The notes beneath the pieces are model-generated. The model did no database searches and was not told the DNA's origin. It saw nothing but the letters and a program-made list of their open reading frames with translations. From assembly GCA_038496445.1 (NCBI GenBank), contig JALMLS010000455.1:806001-870000 (forward strand): a stretch of DNA of 64,000 bases, in the 5' to 3' direction. This DNA comes from Trichosphaerium sp. ATCC 40318 (taxonomy: Eukaryota > Protista > Tubulinea). Both the position numbers and the translations under genes were made by a program. Positions 1-15,037 of this stretch are shown piece after piece (position 1 is the stretch's first letter; the number at the start of each line of letters is the position of its first letter).

Positions 1-1
1 C

Positions 2-298
2 TCTCCTGGTTCTTCTTTTAACTCCTTCCAAACGCTACCTCCTCTTGCCCCACCAACCACTATTGCTCCTACATCTGTAGCACCAACAATAGAGCCAACA
101 GAATCACCAACAGATCCTCCAATTCCAACACCTTCACTTGGCCAAACTACAGAATCGCCAACAAACCAGCCAACAAACCAGCCTACAATGCCAACAACAT
201 CTTCACCAAACCAACCAACTTCAACACAGTTTAGTAGTGCAGTCATAAATATTTGGAGTATTTTTATATCAGCAATGAGCGTATTGTGTTTGTTGTAG
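2..298 (+). CDS. 3' end of a Pro/Thr/Ser-rich (mucin-like) surface protein with a C-terminal GPI-type hydrophobic tail (partial)
   Basis: Open frame SPGSS...PTESPTDPPIPTPS...PTNQPTNQPT...FSSAVINIWSIFISAMSVLCLL* ending at TAG 296-298. Confidence 0.75.
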   Translation, partial: SPGSSFNSFQTLPPLAPPTTIAPTSVAPTIEPTESPTDPPIPTPSLGQTTESPTNQPTNQPTMPTTSSPNQPTSTQFSSAVINIWSIFISAMSVLCLL

Positions 299-772
299 AA
301 ATACATTCGTTATTGTTCACGTACACTTGAGGGTACGCATTGAATAAACTGTTTAGCCAAGCTTTGCACTTTTTCTGTCTTACCCTCACTCCACAATCAC
401 TATTGTTGTGATGAAACTACCCAACGCGCTGCGTTAAGCAACATATTTTCGTATTTGGTAGATACCAGCTATTTGAAAACAGAGATACGCAGCTAGGCGG
501 TGTTTGTTCACGTACAGAATAAATTCACTATTGTTTTAAAACAAAAACTTTATGACGGAGATTTATTGACGCCTAAAGACAACTTGTGAACACGTGCCAA
601 AGTAGTCAGAGATATCTCTTATGGTACTGTGCGGTTATAGCTAGAAAACAAAACTATGTTTAGTGTTGACTTATTTCTCAGAAAACATCCAACAACAAAT
701 CAATACAAACTGAGTCCTTTTCCTTTGATGCGTGTCAGCAATCTCCGTAAACGTCACCACAATTAACCAGCC

Positions 773-814
773 GTAAATTAAGCTGGTCTATAGGTAAATT
801 AAGCTGGTCTATAG
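773..814. repeat. Perfect 21-bp tandem duplication (gtaaattaagctggtctatag x2)
   Basis: Directly visible at 773-793 and 794-814. Confidence 0.9.
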
Positions 815-1328
815 GGCGGGTCTTAAACCAAATATCCAACATCAAGGTTACCAAATACTTGGTACCCGAATGAGTGAAGTTCATCATCATATTCGTGGAA
901 TTGCTATTTTTTTTTGCTAAATTATTTGATAACTTATTACCACAGTTGACTTTGCCGTTTGGTCACGAAGACAACTGACGCGGTATCTTTTTTGCTAGTA
1001 CGTAAACGCATTATTCTCTTGTAGGGAATATTCTTCGTACAGATTTTCTATTTAGGTCAGCAAAAAGTAATTTGTTCGATTTAAAGTCATTTCGTGGTAA
1101 AGGTATGTTTATAAGGCGTAACCATTCCGAGTTTATTAGAAAAACGTGATATCAGATACTCCAAGTAAAACCGTCGCTTTTTTAATCATTCCACTTTATA
1201 CAGGTCCCAAAGCCACTACGTGGGGTTTGCGCAAGTTTAGTAAACTCTCAGGCTTTTCTCTTTACCTTTTCCAAAAAATCGCTTAACTGTAACAGACTTC
1301 TTTTAGATCTATCAGCACCTGACTCTAA

Positions 1329-2486
1329 ATGTCATCAAAGCGAGGACCATATCACCTTATAGACGATGCACCTAATACTCTATTAAATTTACCTTGTGAC
1401 ATACAACGGTACTTGTGTACATTCAATGAGGAAACATTTAAGAAGTTTCATATCCTATCAAAAAGAGCTGCTATCAACACACACTACAATACTGACCTTG
1501 AGAGAAACGGTCTTTGGATGACTTGGTATCCAAGTGGACATTCAAGATCTCATTGTAGAGTGGTTAATGGAAAAGATATCGGCGAGTTTAAACAGTGGTA
1601 TGATGATGAAAGTGGACAACTTGAAATACAGTGTTGGCTATTTGGAAAAGATGAAAAAGGAGAAGATATCTATAATGGTGATTATAAGCAGTTTTATAAG
1701 AATGGACAAATTGAACTTTGTCATAAATATGTTGATGGTATTTTGAGTGGTAATACTAAATGGTATGAAAACGGACAACTTTACTGGGAAATCAATTATT
1801 CCAATGGTAAAAGAAGTGGTGAGTGCAAAAAATACTATGATAACGGAAAAATCAAAGTTCACTGTTGGTATGTTGATGATAAAATAGAAGGGGAGGCAAC
1901 ACTGTGGTATGAAAATGGAAACATTAAAAAAAAATCAAGTTATAAAAAAGGTATTCAGAATGGTGAGCTAGAGCAGTTTTATGATAATGGACAAATTGAT
2001 ACCAAGTGTTTTTTGATTGATAACAAGGAGAATGGTGAATTTAAACAGTGGTATAAAAATGGACAGCTTGAAGTACTTTGTAGTACTGTTGATAATAATG
2101 TAGATGGGGAGTATAAGCGGTGGCATGACAATGGACAGCTTAACTTACATTATCACAAAATTGATAATGAAATAGATGGAGAGTACAAAGCTTGGCATAG
2201 AAACGGCCTATTGCTTGAGCAATGTTTTTGTGTTAAAGGTATCATAGAAGGAGAGTATAAGTGTTGGTCTAACAATGGTCAGCTATGTCATAATTGTTTT
2301 TATGTTGATGGCAAGATGAATGGTGAGCAAAAAGAGTGGTATACCTCTGGACAACTTAAAGAAATATGCATGTATGTTGATGGCAAAAAAAACGGTGTGC
2401 TTAAGCGGTGGGACGAAAATGGTCAACTTATTGAACAAGAATTGTACGTTTTTGATAAGCTACAACATCAGAAAAATCAACAATAA
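1329..2486 (+). CDS. Intronless F-box-like + MORN-variant (YwqK-like) repeat protein
   Basis: N-terminal LLNLPCDIQRYLCTF (F-box-like), then about 12 repeats of GExKxWYxNGQLxxxCxYxDGKx. Confidence 0.85.
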   Translation: MSSKRGPYHLIDDAPNTLLNLPCDIQRYLCTFNEETFKKFHILSKRAAINTHYNTDLERNGLWMTWYPSGHSRSHCRVVNGKDIGEFKQWYDDESGQLEIQCWLFGKDEKGEDIYNGDYKQFYKNGQIELCHKYVDGILSGNTKWYENGQLYWEINYSNGKRSGECKKYYDNGKIKVHCWYVDDKIEGEATLWYENGNIKKKSSYKKGIQNGELEQFYDNGQIDTKCFLIDNKENGEFKQWYKNGQLEVLCSTVDNNVDGEYKRWHDNGQLNLHYHKIDNEIDGEYKAWHRNGLLLEQCFCVKGIIEGEYKCWSNNGQLCHNCFYVDGKMNGEQKEWYTSGQLKEICMYVDGKKNGVLKRWDENGQLIEQELYVFDKLQHQKNQQ

Positions 2487-2791
2487 ACATCATGAGTTAA
2501 CCATACCAGTCCCAAAAGTAGATTTTCGACAGAGATAAATTAAAACACACTTATATACCAGACTGTCAAGTGATTTTCATGCAGTGGTAATAGTTATAAG
2601 CCTTATGCCAAACACCACATACTATTTGCTACATCCTTGATTTAGGCACAAGATCGTAGACAGGTGACTCCACCAAGTGGAACAAGCTAATCATCGGTTG
2701 CATTTGTCACTGATAGATTTATGGTATGTGCATCTGCAAGATCTTTCATACATGAGATGTAATTAATATAAAATAGCTTTTTGGGTATTTA

Positions 2792-3811
2792 TTATAACAA
2801 TATACAAGGGCAAGGACACGACTTATTGGATCGTAATTCTGCCATTTCCTGTCTATGCCTATCATTTTCTTTATCAATTCTATTACCCATAATTAAAGGC
2901 TCCCACAACCACATTAGAAATGGATATGCAGCAAAAACAAACAAAAATGTGTATGCAAGAGTAAATATCCGAGTTATAAGTGACACAAGTACTCCAAGAG
3001 AATACAGAAAGGCACACCTAAATCAAGTAAATTATTTTGTTTCCCGATTCTTGTCAAAAAGCAATAAAATGTTGATGGTTAGGTACCAATGTTGGTTTGG
3101 ATCACATTCACCAAATCCAGATGCTATAATTTTATGCGGTATTTCTAGTAGTAGAAACAATAGATATTCAATACCTAAAAGTTGATAAGAAAGTGTTAAT
3201 CAAATATTCCTATTTTGGAAGGAGACAATTTCGCAAAAACCAAACAATAAAAAAAAACGTTAACAGAGAAAGAGAAGCGTACGGAGAGTGTATAAGATTG
3301 CGTAACCTAACGAAACAAAGAGAGTAACCGGTATTACGCGTAGTTTTAGCAATGTCCAAGCGTGTTTCGCTTTTTCCTTTTCTTTGGGCGTTAAAGTGCG
3401 ACCAGAGTTGCCAGCACGAGCTAATTCAAGCTTTTCCATTGTATTAAATGTGGCAAGCATAAACCAAGCGAACGGTCCCGCTATCATACAGCTAAGACAC
3501 TGAGCGACGTCTGAAACGAACTTTGAAAACTCTATCTTTTGTTGAGCACGATATCTTGTTTTCTTTACAGGAGTTGGTTCTCGATGCTCTGTGATGGTAG
3601 TTGTAGTGTTTGCAGCAATTGGAATGGGTTTTACTGGCTCCTACTGTAATTAAGTACTAAAACGCTCTATATTACGCACGATAGTATTTTTTACTTCGTG
3701 TACATCTTGTTTATGCGACTTGTGCCGTTTATGCTTCTTTTCCTTTTTATGCTTCTCTTTTTTGTGTTTATCCTTCTTATGACGTCTCTTTGTAGTCGTC
3801 GCCTCTTCCAT
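2792..3811 (-). CDS. 4-exon multi-pass membrane protein with a Lys/His-rich N-terminus and C-terminal CaaX (CPCPCILL)
   Basis: ATG 3811 (MEEATTTKRRHKKDKHKK...). In-frame GT-AG introns (e.g. 3641-3694) join track ORFs 3650-3901, 3260-3487 and 2792-2986 plus an unlisted exon IEYLLFLLLEIPHK...; several hydrophobic segments. Confidence 0.65.
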
Positions 3812-4036
3812 TGTACACCGTTTAAAATATGTGAGTTTTCGGGCTAAATGGGCTGTTTTGCCCAAAAACAGAGAATTTATTTGAATTTTATTTTTGTCCA
3901 ATCAGCTTCGCTAATATTTCAGCTATCACAGAATGCTGCTTAACAGCAAAACTACAAGTTTATAAAATGACTTATTGCGGTTGGGTTAAAGATCATAGTG
4001 ACTATCGATTATGGGTGAGTAGCTCTTGAAGGCTTT

Positions 4037-6371
<2,335 letters not shown>

Positions 6372-6499
6372 TTTGTATTGGGATATTTAAGAATGTGTAC
6401 AAAAAAATCCTAATTTCTTGCGCACGTGGGTTTATTAAGGAAGCAAGAATGCAAAGAAAGAGTAACACATTAACAAGTCTATTTGTGATTCCTTCAAGA

Positions 6500-6635
6500 A
6501 TCAGACTTTAGCTCCTATTTCTAAAAAAGGAGTACTTTACTACATCCGTCAATTTCTTGCATCCACTTTACATTGTGAAAAGTATCTTTCGTTGTACTGT
6601 CATATACGAACTATACCTTGCACACTGGAATACAA
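6500..6635 (-). pseudogene. Relic of a Rab-like small GTPase
   Basis: YSSVQGI / (frameshift) FVYDSTTKDTFHNVKWMQEIDG / LEIGAK resembles Rab YYRGAxGIxxVYDxTxxxSFxNVKxWxxEI...VGNKxD; frameshifts present and no P-loop found. Confidence 0.55.
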
Positions 6636-7289
6636 CTACCTAGTTTTCGGGTGCTTCTATCAGTCCTTCAAACAGTAAAGAACCAAACAAAGTAGGATGT
6701 GAAAAGCTAAGTTCTCCTATAGTAAATATTAACTTGCGTCCTGAAGCCTGGCAACAGACACCACAACAAGGTATAATATTATTTTTGGTGCGCCGTTACC
6801 TTATCTTTATCAATGAACTTCGTGGCAAGATTACCGGTATTCCATAGGATTTCACTTGAGATTTAGGACGTCTGCAACGCGTTTACGGGATTGTCAAGCT
6901 AATGGCGGAACTCCTTGTAGCGCTAGAGGAAGGGATTTGCCTATATTGTTTATATTACAATAGGTGGCACACCAGGTGTACCATTCAGCAATTAGTTGAT
7001 GTCTGTTTTGATGGACTCACAGCGGGATTTGATATTCTTCAGAAAAGGTTTTTTTCTAACTTTTTGATTTGGATTCCTTTGGTATGGTTTTGTCCTTCTT
7101 TGAGGGAAACGTTACATTGAAGGTTTTCAGTATGCGTAGAAAGTAGGCATGTAAAGTTTGGTAAGAGTGTGGAACCCTAAAGTCACAGTGTATGGTGACG
7201 ATGGTGTAATAGAAAAAGTGCTTAACTTCACTTAAGTCCCCATATTTAAACCAGAGCCGCTTATGATTACGTCAAATTAGTTGTATTCA

Positions 7290-8610
7290 ATGGCTACTGA
7301 ACAAATTGTACGCTTTAGGCTTGTTATTTGGTTGTTTAATCAAAAAAAAGGCAAATACGCTACAACAAGAGCGTGAGTATCTATTATTCCTTCCAGTAGA
7401 GATACAGCTTGAAATAACAGAGCTAGATACTAATTTACAAACAATATGGCCATTATTTTGCAGAAAAGCGGCAATGAGTACTCGCTTTGATAGCGAGCTT
7501 AACAAACATGGAAAATGGCTTAAGTACAACAAAGGACGTAAAGTACAGCAACTACGATTCACCAGTGGTGAGTTAGAAGGTGAATGCAAGCGTTGGCGTG
7601 TTGATGGTCAACTACGTGAGACTTGCTCTTATGTTGATGGTAAGTTGAATGGAGAGTATAAGTGCTGGAGCTTGAGTGGTTCTTTGGTTAGAAAATGCTA
7701 CTATGAAAAAAGTTTGATGGAAGGAGATGTTATGTTATGGTATAGTAATGGTAAACTATCTCATTCTTACTCTATGGTGAAAGGTGTTAAAGAAGGAGAA
7801 TATAAAAAATGGGATATACGTGGATGTTTAATAACACATTGCTTTTATCTAAATGGTAAAGTTGATGGAGAGTCTACAAACTGGTATAGCCGTTATAATA
7901 AGATTTGTGAAAAGACATTTTATTCAAAAGGAAGAAAAAATGGAGAAAGTACTCTGTGGTATACAAATGGTCAAACACGTGAGAAATGTTTTTATAAACA
8001 AGGTATTAAAGAAGGTGATGAGAAAAGGTGGTTTTTAAGTGGTCAATTAAAAGAGCATAGTTTTTATGTTGATGGTGAGAAAGAAGGTAATTATTTTTAT
8101 TGGCATAGAAATGGGCAACTTTGTCGTCATTCACATTATCTTAATGGTATCAAAGAAGGTGAAGATAAGAAATGGTATGTTAGTGGTAAATTAGAAGAAC
8201 ATTCTCATTATGTTAATGGTATGAAAGAAGGCATATCAAAGAAGTATGATAAGGTTTATGAGAAATACAATGAATCTGTTTATGTTAAAAACAATATCAA
8301 TGGGAAGGTTACACACTGGTATAGTGAAGGTAATATTGCATATAGTTACTTTTGTTATAATGGTAAAAAGGAAGGAGCGTTTAATAGGTACACTATTGAT
8401 GGTATTTTACATCAACAGAGTAACTATGTTAATGATGTTCTTGATGGTGATTGTAAGACTTTCTTCAAAAATGGTAACATACAAGAGCACTATCACTATA
8501 AAAACGGTGTATTGGATGGTGACTATAAGGTATGGAGCAGTGATGGTAAACTAGTTAGATACTATAAATATACCAACGGAAGAAAAAATTGGTTTCGCTG
8601 GAAGTGGTGA
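7290..8610 (+). CDS. F-box-like + MORN-variant repeat protein, paralog of 1329-2486
   Basis: Probable ATG 7290 with a 43-nt intron (7308-7350). LLFLPVEIQLEITEL; linker KAAMSTRFDSELNKHGKW matches RAAINTHYNTDLERNGLW of the first copy; about 14 MORN-like repeats. Confidence 0.85.
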
Positions 8611-8860
8611 ACATTCAAAAAAAAAAGAGAAAGAACCTTTCAACAAAACACAAAAATCTAACCACCTAACAGCTGGGCACTATTGTACAAACACATGATG
8701 CCGTGGTTCTTACTACTACTATAAGGTCTTATAACAGATGATTGTTAAAGCTGGCTCAAAGATGTTCTTTTTTTGTTAACCATGACACGTGTTATGAAAA
8801 AAAACATGGGCGAAATAAAATACAATTCTTACTGGTGTACAATACTGATGACTTCAGTTT

Positions 8861-10655
8861 TTATGACTGCCTTATCAAATGTCTAGAAATATTCTGTAGT
8901 GCACTGTGTTTAAACAAAAAGTAAGTACTTTATAAAAACTGATGAGGCAAGAGACGTACAATTGTTTTGATTTTTTGTTCATTCCTCTTGATTTTTCAGG
9001 CCATTCTTGTGCTTGTTCTGGGTATGCACGTGATACTGCTTCTTGGTAATATTTTACAAAAGTATCACCTCCCAATGATGCTACTTGAGGACGAGAAAGA
9101 CGCTGCCTATTCAATATTTGTTAGCAGAGAATAAGAATAAAATGAGAAAACAGACGAATATCGGTCGTACCAAAATTCCTTTATCTCTGGTAGTTTAAAC
9201 TTCTTTGTTACTTCTTTAACAAACTCAACTTGGTTTGTATCATCTTTCCATACACCATACGCACTATTTTGAATAAAGTTTAGGAATATAAAGCATAAGC
9301 AAGAAAGATTTTTTGACGTACTTTGAAAGCCAAGGCTTGAAATCAAAATCAGGTCTCATCTCTTGAAGAAATTGAAGAATAGAGTATCGATACCTTTGAA
9401 AACTACTTAACACAGGTATCTCATGATGTCTACGAATTACCTCTTTAAAATACCCGAACCTCCATGATCACAGACTTGTTTAACGGTTATTTTGTACCAA
9501 TCTTCAATAAGCTTAACATGTAAATCTTGTGATAGTTCATCAAATTTTCGTAATCTGTTTGATTTATCATCCCAGAAACCTCTTGGACTTTGCCTTCATT
9601 TTCATATGTTAGAACGAACTTGTATCGCAAGTGGTATTGTTAAGGCGTACTCAAAGTGCATTATATCGAAATTGAACGTTGGAAACAGTGTTTGAAGACA
9701 TTGCTTAAATGAAGCATTGTAGAACCTGAACAAAAAAAAAGAGGTATAAGTCAATTTGACACAACTAACATCGATACCTTCTCACAACAGAGTCGCCACC
9801 ACAACTAGCTATATCATCGTGTTTGATGTAATACCAATCCTCTAAGTGCTTAACGCCTAATTTCTGAGCGATAGAGTCAAACAAAACTTTATGGTTTTCA
9901 ATATCATCCCAATGTCCAACAGGTGCACGCCTATCCATTTTGTTAACAATTATCCTGCTTCTAAGCAACTAGTACATAAAATTTGATATCTCCCAAGTAT
10001 ATCCAGGAAATAGAGTAGTCATACACCTCATTATTGATCCATCATAACTTACAGAAGAAATCAGCTGAATGAACTCTTTTTCTTCAACAAAAAAGAAAGT
10101 TCATCAAGACTAAGGAACTTCTTGTTGTTGTAGAATTTCACTTACCTCTTCTTTATGATTACATCGCATTTAGCCTCTTTAAAATCATCCAAGTGGATAT
10201 CGTACCAATCGTCAAGCACATGAAGTCGTAGATCTTCTGCAAGAACATGTAGTGCTCTCAGCTGATTTTTTATACTTTGTAAGTACCCACGTGGAGGTAA
10301 GCTATTAGTAGCGAGTTATTAATCATTACTACTACGCTGGCAAACCATGTTAAACGCATAGAAGCGCTCAATACGCCAAAGGGCGACGGAACAATCAAAA
10401 ACTCGTTGAAGTTACGCACTCGAAATGCCATAGCTTCCAATCGTATGTAGGATACAAATTTTGAAGATCTAAAGCCATTTTGCTTGTAAATAATGGTATT
10501 GAACGTTTTGAGCGTGATACAACGGTATACCATTCGTATAGTGTCTTTACATTGTTTCTTTGCGCAATTGTTTCGTACAAGCGCCGTTTAAGAATACTAC
10601 TTTCTAGAAATCAACAATGTTACTAAATTACGCGCTTTGTACCCAGCGTACGCAT
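8861..10655 (-). CDS. Multi-exon protein made of about five 60-65 aa 'DWY/GG' repeats, function unknown
   Basis: Repeats PxGxWxDxxN...FDxxxxxLxVKxxEDWYxIxxxxxxxxGGxxxxxR...LxxLFPxxxx, e.g. APVGHWDDIENHKVLFDSIAQKLGVKHLEDWYYIKHDDIASCGG and SPRGFWDDKSNRLRKFDELSQDLHVKLIEDWYKITVKQVCDHGG. Confidence 0.8.
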
Positions 10656-10815
10656 TTTGCAAACGGTTTAAATAAAATAAACCATTGACATGGGAGTACA
10701 CTTTCAATTACCGTTTCAAGTTGTATAATGCAACAACAAGCACAAGTGCACGCGAACAACACTCAATGCCGGCAATAAAGACATTTCTTGACTGTCAAAT
10801 CAGTCTTTTCTGGAG

Positions 10816-12236
10816 ATGGGTACAGTTCTTCCTCACAGCGTCTTCGATACTAATGCGTGCTTTTTGAAGGAAATTCTCTTGCTCGTACTTTAGGTGCTGT
10901 TGCGGTTATTGTTTTGTTATGGCGCAGTAGGAAATACGGGTACATACTGGATTACTGGTTAAACAGAGCAAAGAGACCTAAAAATCTGACGTTTGGTCCG
11001 GATGAATTTAAAAACGAATACAAGTACGTTAAAACTCATTTCTACGCTTAAAAACGGTTAGATATGCAGATACAAGACTATCACAGGCACTTTGAAATGT
11101 CCCGAATTAAACTAACACCAAATAGATCAGATACCGCTCTAACTTGGCGTCAAAGGGTAAAGTAGCAGGAGCAACTCATGTACGCAGTACTGTCGCAAAT
11201 TCAACAAATCTTCGTTTTGGGAAATCCGTTAATCCCTCAATTTCTTTTACCTCTCTGTACCTCTAAACCTATTCACATGTACAATTGTAGGTATTCTGTG
11301 CAGATGGACCAAACGTTCTTGAGATCTATGACGAGCTATGTTCAAAACTAGATGATTTAGATTTGAAGTATATTGTATATGAAGCACCAGGTAAAACGAC
11401 ATGGTTTTCATTGTTGTTGTACAACTTGAGTACTTGACTTTCTAACTTGAAACTTTTAGCTATGGGTTTCTCCTTCCATAAATACGGATTTGACTTCTCC
11501 CTCAAGCACCATGGCACGTGACAGTTGCATCTCGGAAAGATTATTTTCTTTTTCTTCTCGAAGAATTGCTAAATCTTTTTGGGTAGCTGCTGTGCTGGAG
11601 GAGTTCCTTGGTCAATTAAAAGAACACAAGCCGTTTGTTATGTGTCCTAGTTGCAGTGCAGCACTTACTTGCTCACGTGTGGCTAGTAGAAGACCTGATT
11701 TGATTAGTAACGTTGTTATCATACAATCTGGTGATCACCATGAACAAAAGAAATGGATGACAAAATCTATTGACTACAAGGGCTTACTTTCGAAACCCTA
11801 CATCGGCCAAATCCTTAATTACTTTATGCGGTATAAATTCGGCACTGTATGGCTTAAAATAGCCGTTGCTGATCGTGCAGTATCTCGTCAATGGAGCGAT
11901 ATAGTAAAGAAATCTCTGGATAATGGAGCTATGTTTACTCTTGCCTCGTACATTCAGCAGATGCTTCCAAATCCGCAACACTTCCACTCAAGGATGCTAC
12001 AACCTACAAAGATAGTATATGGCCTAAAGGATGGATCTCACAAGTACGTAAAAGTAAGAAAATTTTGAACTAACCTTAGAAACAGTCGAGCTGGAACGAA
12101 TTTTGAAACGGCAGGAAATTGGGCTACAGGAGAAGTAACTTACGTACAATTTCCCGAGTGTGCTCATTTCCCAGAGCTGGAAGACCCGGATAATTTTTGT
12201 AAACTGCTTATAGAGATAGCACGTTCTAATCTGTAA
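10816..12236 (+). CDS. Alpha/beta-hydrolase fold protein with an N-terminal membrane anchor
   Basis: MGNS...TM segment; ADGPNVLEIYDEL, YEAPAMGFS, nucleophile elbow PSCSAA, IVYGLKDGSH (acid), FPECAHFPELEDPDNF (His). Confidence 0.8.
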
Positions 12237-13049
12237 TGTAAATATAATAAAGACGATAGTGAAACATTACAAATTGAGCTGACCTTGCTTTTATGATTTA
12301 TATATGTGCACGTTATGTAAAGAAATTTCTCTTGCAAGGTGTAGTATGTATTTGAAATAGGACAAAGGTGATAAACTGTGGACACAGTTATTCTAAAACA
12401 CGTTCTTACTGTAGGAATAATAAAAAGATAAAAAAATTACCCGAGCCGAAGAGTTCTCGTACTTTTTTGAAGAATGTTTCATCTTCAATACTCCGGAATA
12501 ATATGTGAGTGTAAAATCTATTGTTTTTGATGTTTTTACCACGTGGTAATGTGATATAGCTACATGCTGATCCATCCACTGAGATTATTATCATTGAAAT
12601 AAAAATTAAATGGCAAATCCAACCAACAATCCAAGATTAACCTCTGGTAGCCGCATTCATTAGTCTTAATACGCGAAAATAAAGCGTCACAAGCTTAACA
12701 ATTGATACAATCTTTGTACGCAATATTGGAAAGCGGCCATAGCGCAGTACAAATCAAACAACATACTTCATCCGTAAAAAAATAAAGGCGATACCTTTTT
12801 TTACGAGTGTAGGTTACGGTTGTAAGCAATGACGTTCTTACTATGACACGTGTTTTACCGTATGTTTCTTATTAGGAAACCACCGCGGGTGTATTTCCTA
12901 AAAAGCCTACAAACGAATTCGTTGGTAAGCTAGAAATTATCAATTTTATTTCTTACTTTTTTTAATTAATAATTGACATAGCATCTTTAGCACACGTCTA
13001 TATTCACCCTCACATACTATATATTTTCAGCAGAGCCTAATCCAGCAAA

Positions 13050-13517
13050 ATGGAAGGCGTAGTGTGCATGAGAACGCTAAGAAATGACCAATATAAAAAA
13101 GCAAAAAAAGACTTACTCAATTGTATGGAACGATTGCGTCTGTTGTATACAACCTGCTCTAATGAATTACCAAATACCGACTCTTTTACAAAACACGAAT
13201 ACGAATCTTTGCAAAAGCTTTTAGATATCGCTAGGACAAAAGCAACGAAAGAATCCATGGACTCTTTAGTTACAAATATTCCTATTCTTGACTGTGAGGA
13301 CATGGACGATTTATATCATGATCTGCCAATATCATTACATAAACAAGTGGCTCCGGTGTGTACATGGGATGACAGTATTACAAGTTTCGAAGAGGACAGT
13401 AACTCAAACCCTCTTAGCTTCTTTCAAGAAATGTACTGTAAAACACTGAACAAGAGTCCTGAGTTTGTTTCTTGTGACGACATTGAAAGGCTTTTTCTAC
13501 CTCGTGCTGCAAGTTAA
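13050..13517 (+). CDS. Hypothetical protein, 155 aa, single exon
   Basis: ATG-initiated ORF with protein-like composition; no recognised motif. Confidence 0.55.
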   Translation: MEGVVCMRTLRNDQYKKAKKDLLNCMERLRLLYTTCSNELPNTDSFTKHEYESLQKLLDIARTKATKESMDSLVTNIPILDCEDMDDLYHDLPISLHKQVAPVCTWDDSITSFEEDSNSNPLSFFQEMYCKTLNKSPEFVSCDDIERLFLPRAAS

Positions 13518-13680
13518 GGCTTTTCTTTCGATGTCGTTTAGGCGCTGTTCTGCCAGCACCATATGCGCATGCTCATTGTAAATATTGTAAACTAGGAAAA
13601 TAAAAACGAACAGGATTGATAAATCTATTTTAATGTACAACTTTTTTTTTCTTTTTTCTACATTCTCGCTTCTTTTGTAT

Positions 13681-14579
13681 TTAAAGAAGTGAGCACCTTG
13701 GTGCGCGTCTGGCACGCTTAGAAGCCTTCTTTCCGTCATCATTTGCGCCTAATTTACGGATTTCTCTTACTAGCTCAAAGAAACCTTCTTCAACGTTCAT
13801 TCTGGTCTTCGCTGATGTCTCAAAGAAAGGACAACCGAAGTTCTTTGCCAAATTTTCACCTTCTGAAGTTGATACTTGACGTTCATCTTCCAAATCAGCT
13901 TTGTTTCCAGCAAGTACCATAGGTACGCGATCAGTATCCTTTACTCTAAATCAAAAGGTTAACATTTGGGTACCGACAGTAAAAAGGAAAAAAAACCGCC
14001 AAAGAAAAAAAGGCTAAAAATAAAACTGGGTCACGTGATTTTTTTCAAAAGGTACGCTGGACACCAAAACGGAAAAACAGTGGATTACCTTGTAATTTGC
14101 TCTTTGAATTGGTTAATTTCATCGAAACTGTTTCTACTGGTTATAGCGTATGTGAGCATAAATCCTTGACCTGTACGCATGTACTATTTAAGAAGTAAGT
14201 AAAGAGTCTTTGTTACAATCTTTTAAATGAAAACAAAAAAAGAACCACAGTATTTCTGTTTGGAACACATACCTGATCTCTCATCGCTGAGTACTCTTCT
14301 TGTCCCGCAGTATCTAAAATATCCAAAAGAGATACTTCATCGTCAATAGTAACTTGTTTGCGGTACCTGCAGTAAAAGGAAAGTTAGGGAATGTTACGCT
14401 AGTTACAAAAAAAAAAACCATCCAAAAACATAAAACCCCGGTAAAATCAAATAAAGCACGTACGAGTCCTCAATTGTTGGATCGTATTCATCAACGAAGT
14501 GGTTTTGAATAAGTTGGATTGTGAGTGCGGATTTACCGACACCACCGCCACCAACGATAACAAGTTTGTATTCAGTCAT
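13681..14579 (-). CDS. ras: Ras GTPase (Dictyostelium RasG/RasD-like), 4 exons
   Basis: [76 protein letters not shown], CaaX CSLL. Confidence 0.97.
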
Positions 14580-15037
14580 TTTTTTTAATGTGTTGTTGTT
14601 TGTTCGAGCTGTTTTTTTGCTTTTGTCTTTGTTACTACAGTTGACTTTTCTAAAAATAAGTTGTCGCGGCATACACTCGTAGCTGATTGGTTAACTATAT
14701 TTATATTTACGTGAAAGTCTATTTATGAAAAAAAGTCGCACGTGAAAGCCTCCAACGCACGTGATTACAGCCTTGAAAGAACGCTAAGATGATATTTACA
14801 ATCTTTTTTTGTGAAACCAGAATTCTTCGTTCTGTTGTACTGGTAGAAACGTTTTCTTCTGCCTTTACTATCACGTGCTACTACATAATTGTAATTTTGA
14901 GCGTCGCGGTGTTTTCTAAGACCAGGATTTCTCAGAGTTTGTTGTACAACGTCTTTTTCTTCGCTGCCTATTTGCTTCCCTTATATACACGTATCTTCCG
15001 TGAACATAGCCCCACGCTCCGCTTTATTACCTAAACA

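Noticed and set aside
12290-12740. Small spliced gene on the minus strand
   Set aside because: A model of about 90 aa can be built, but splice choices are ambiguous and there is no recognisable motif.
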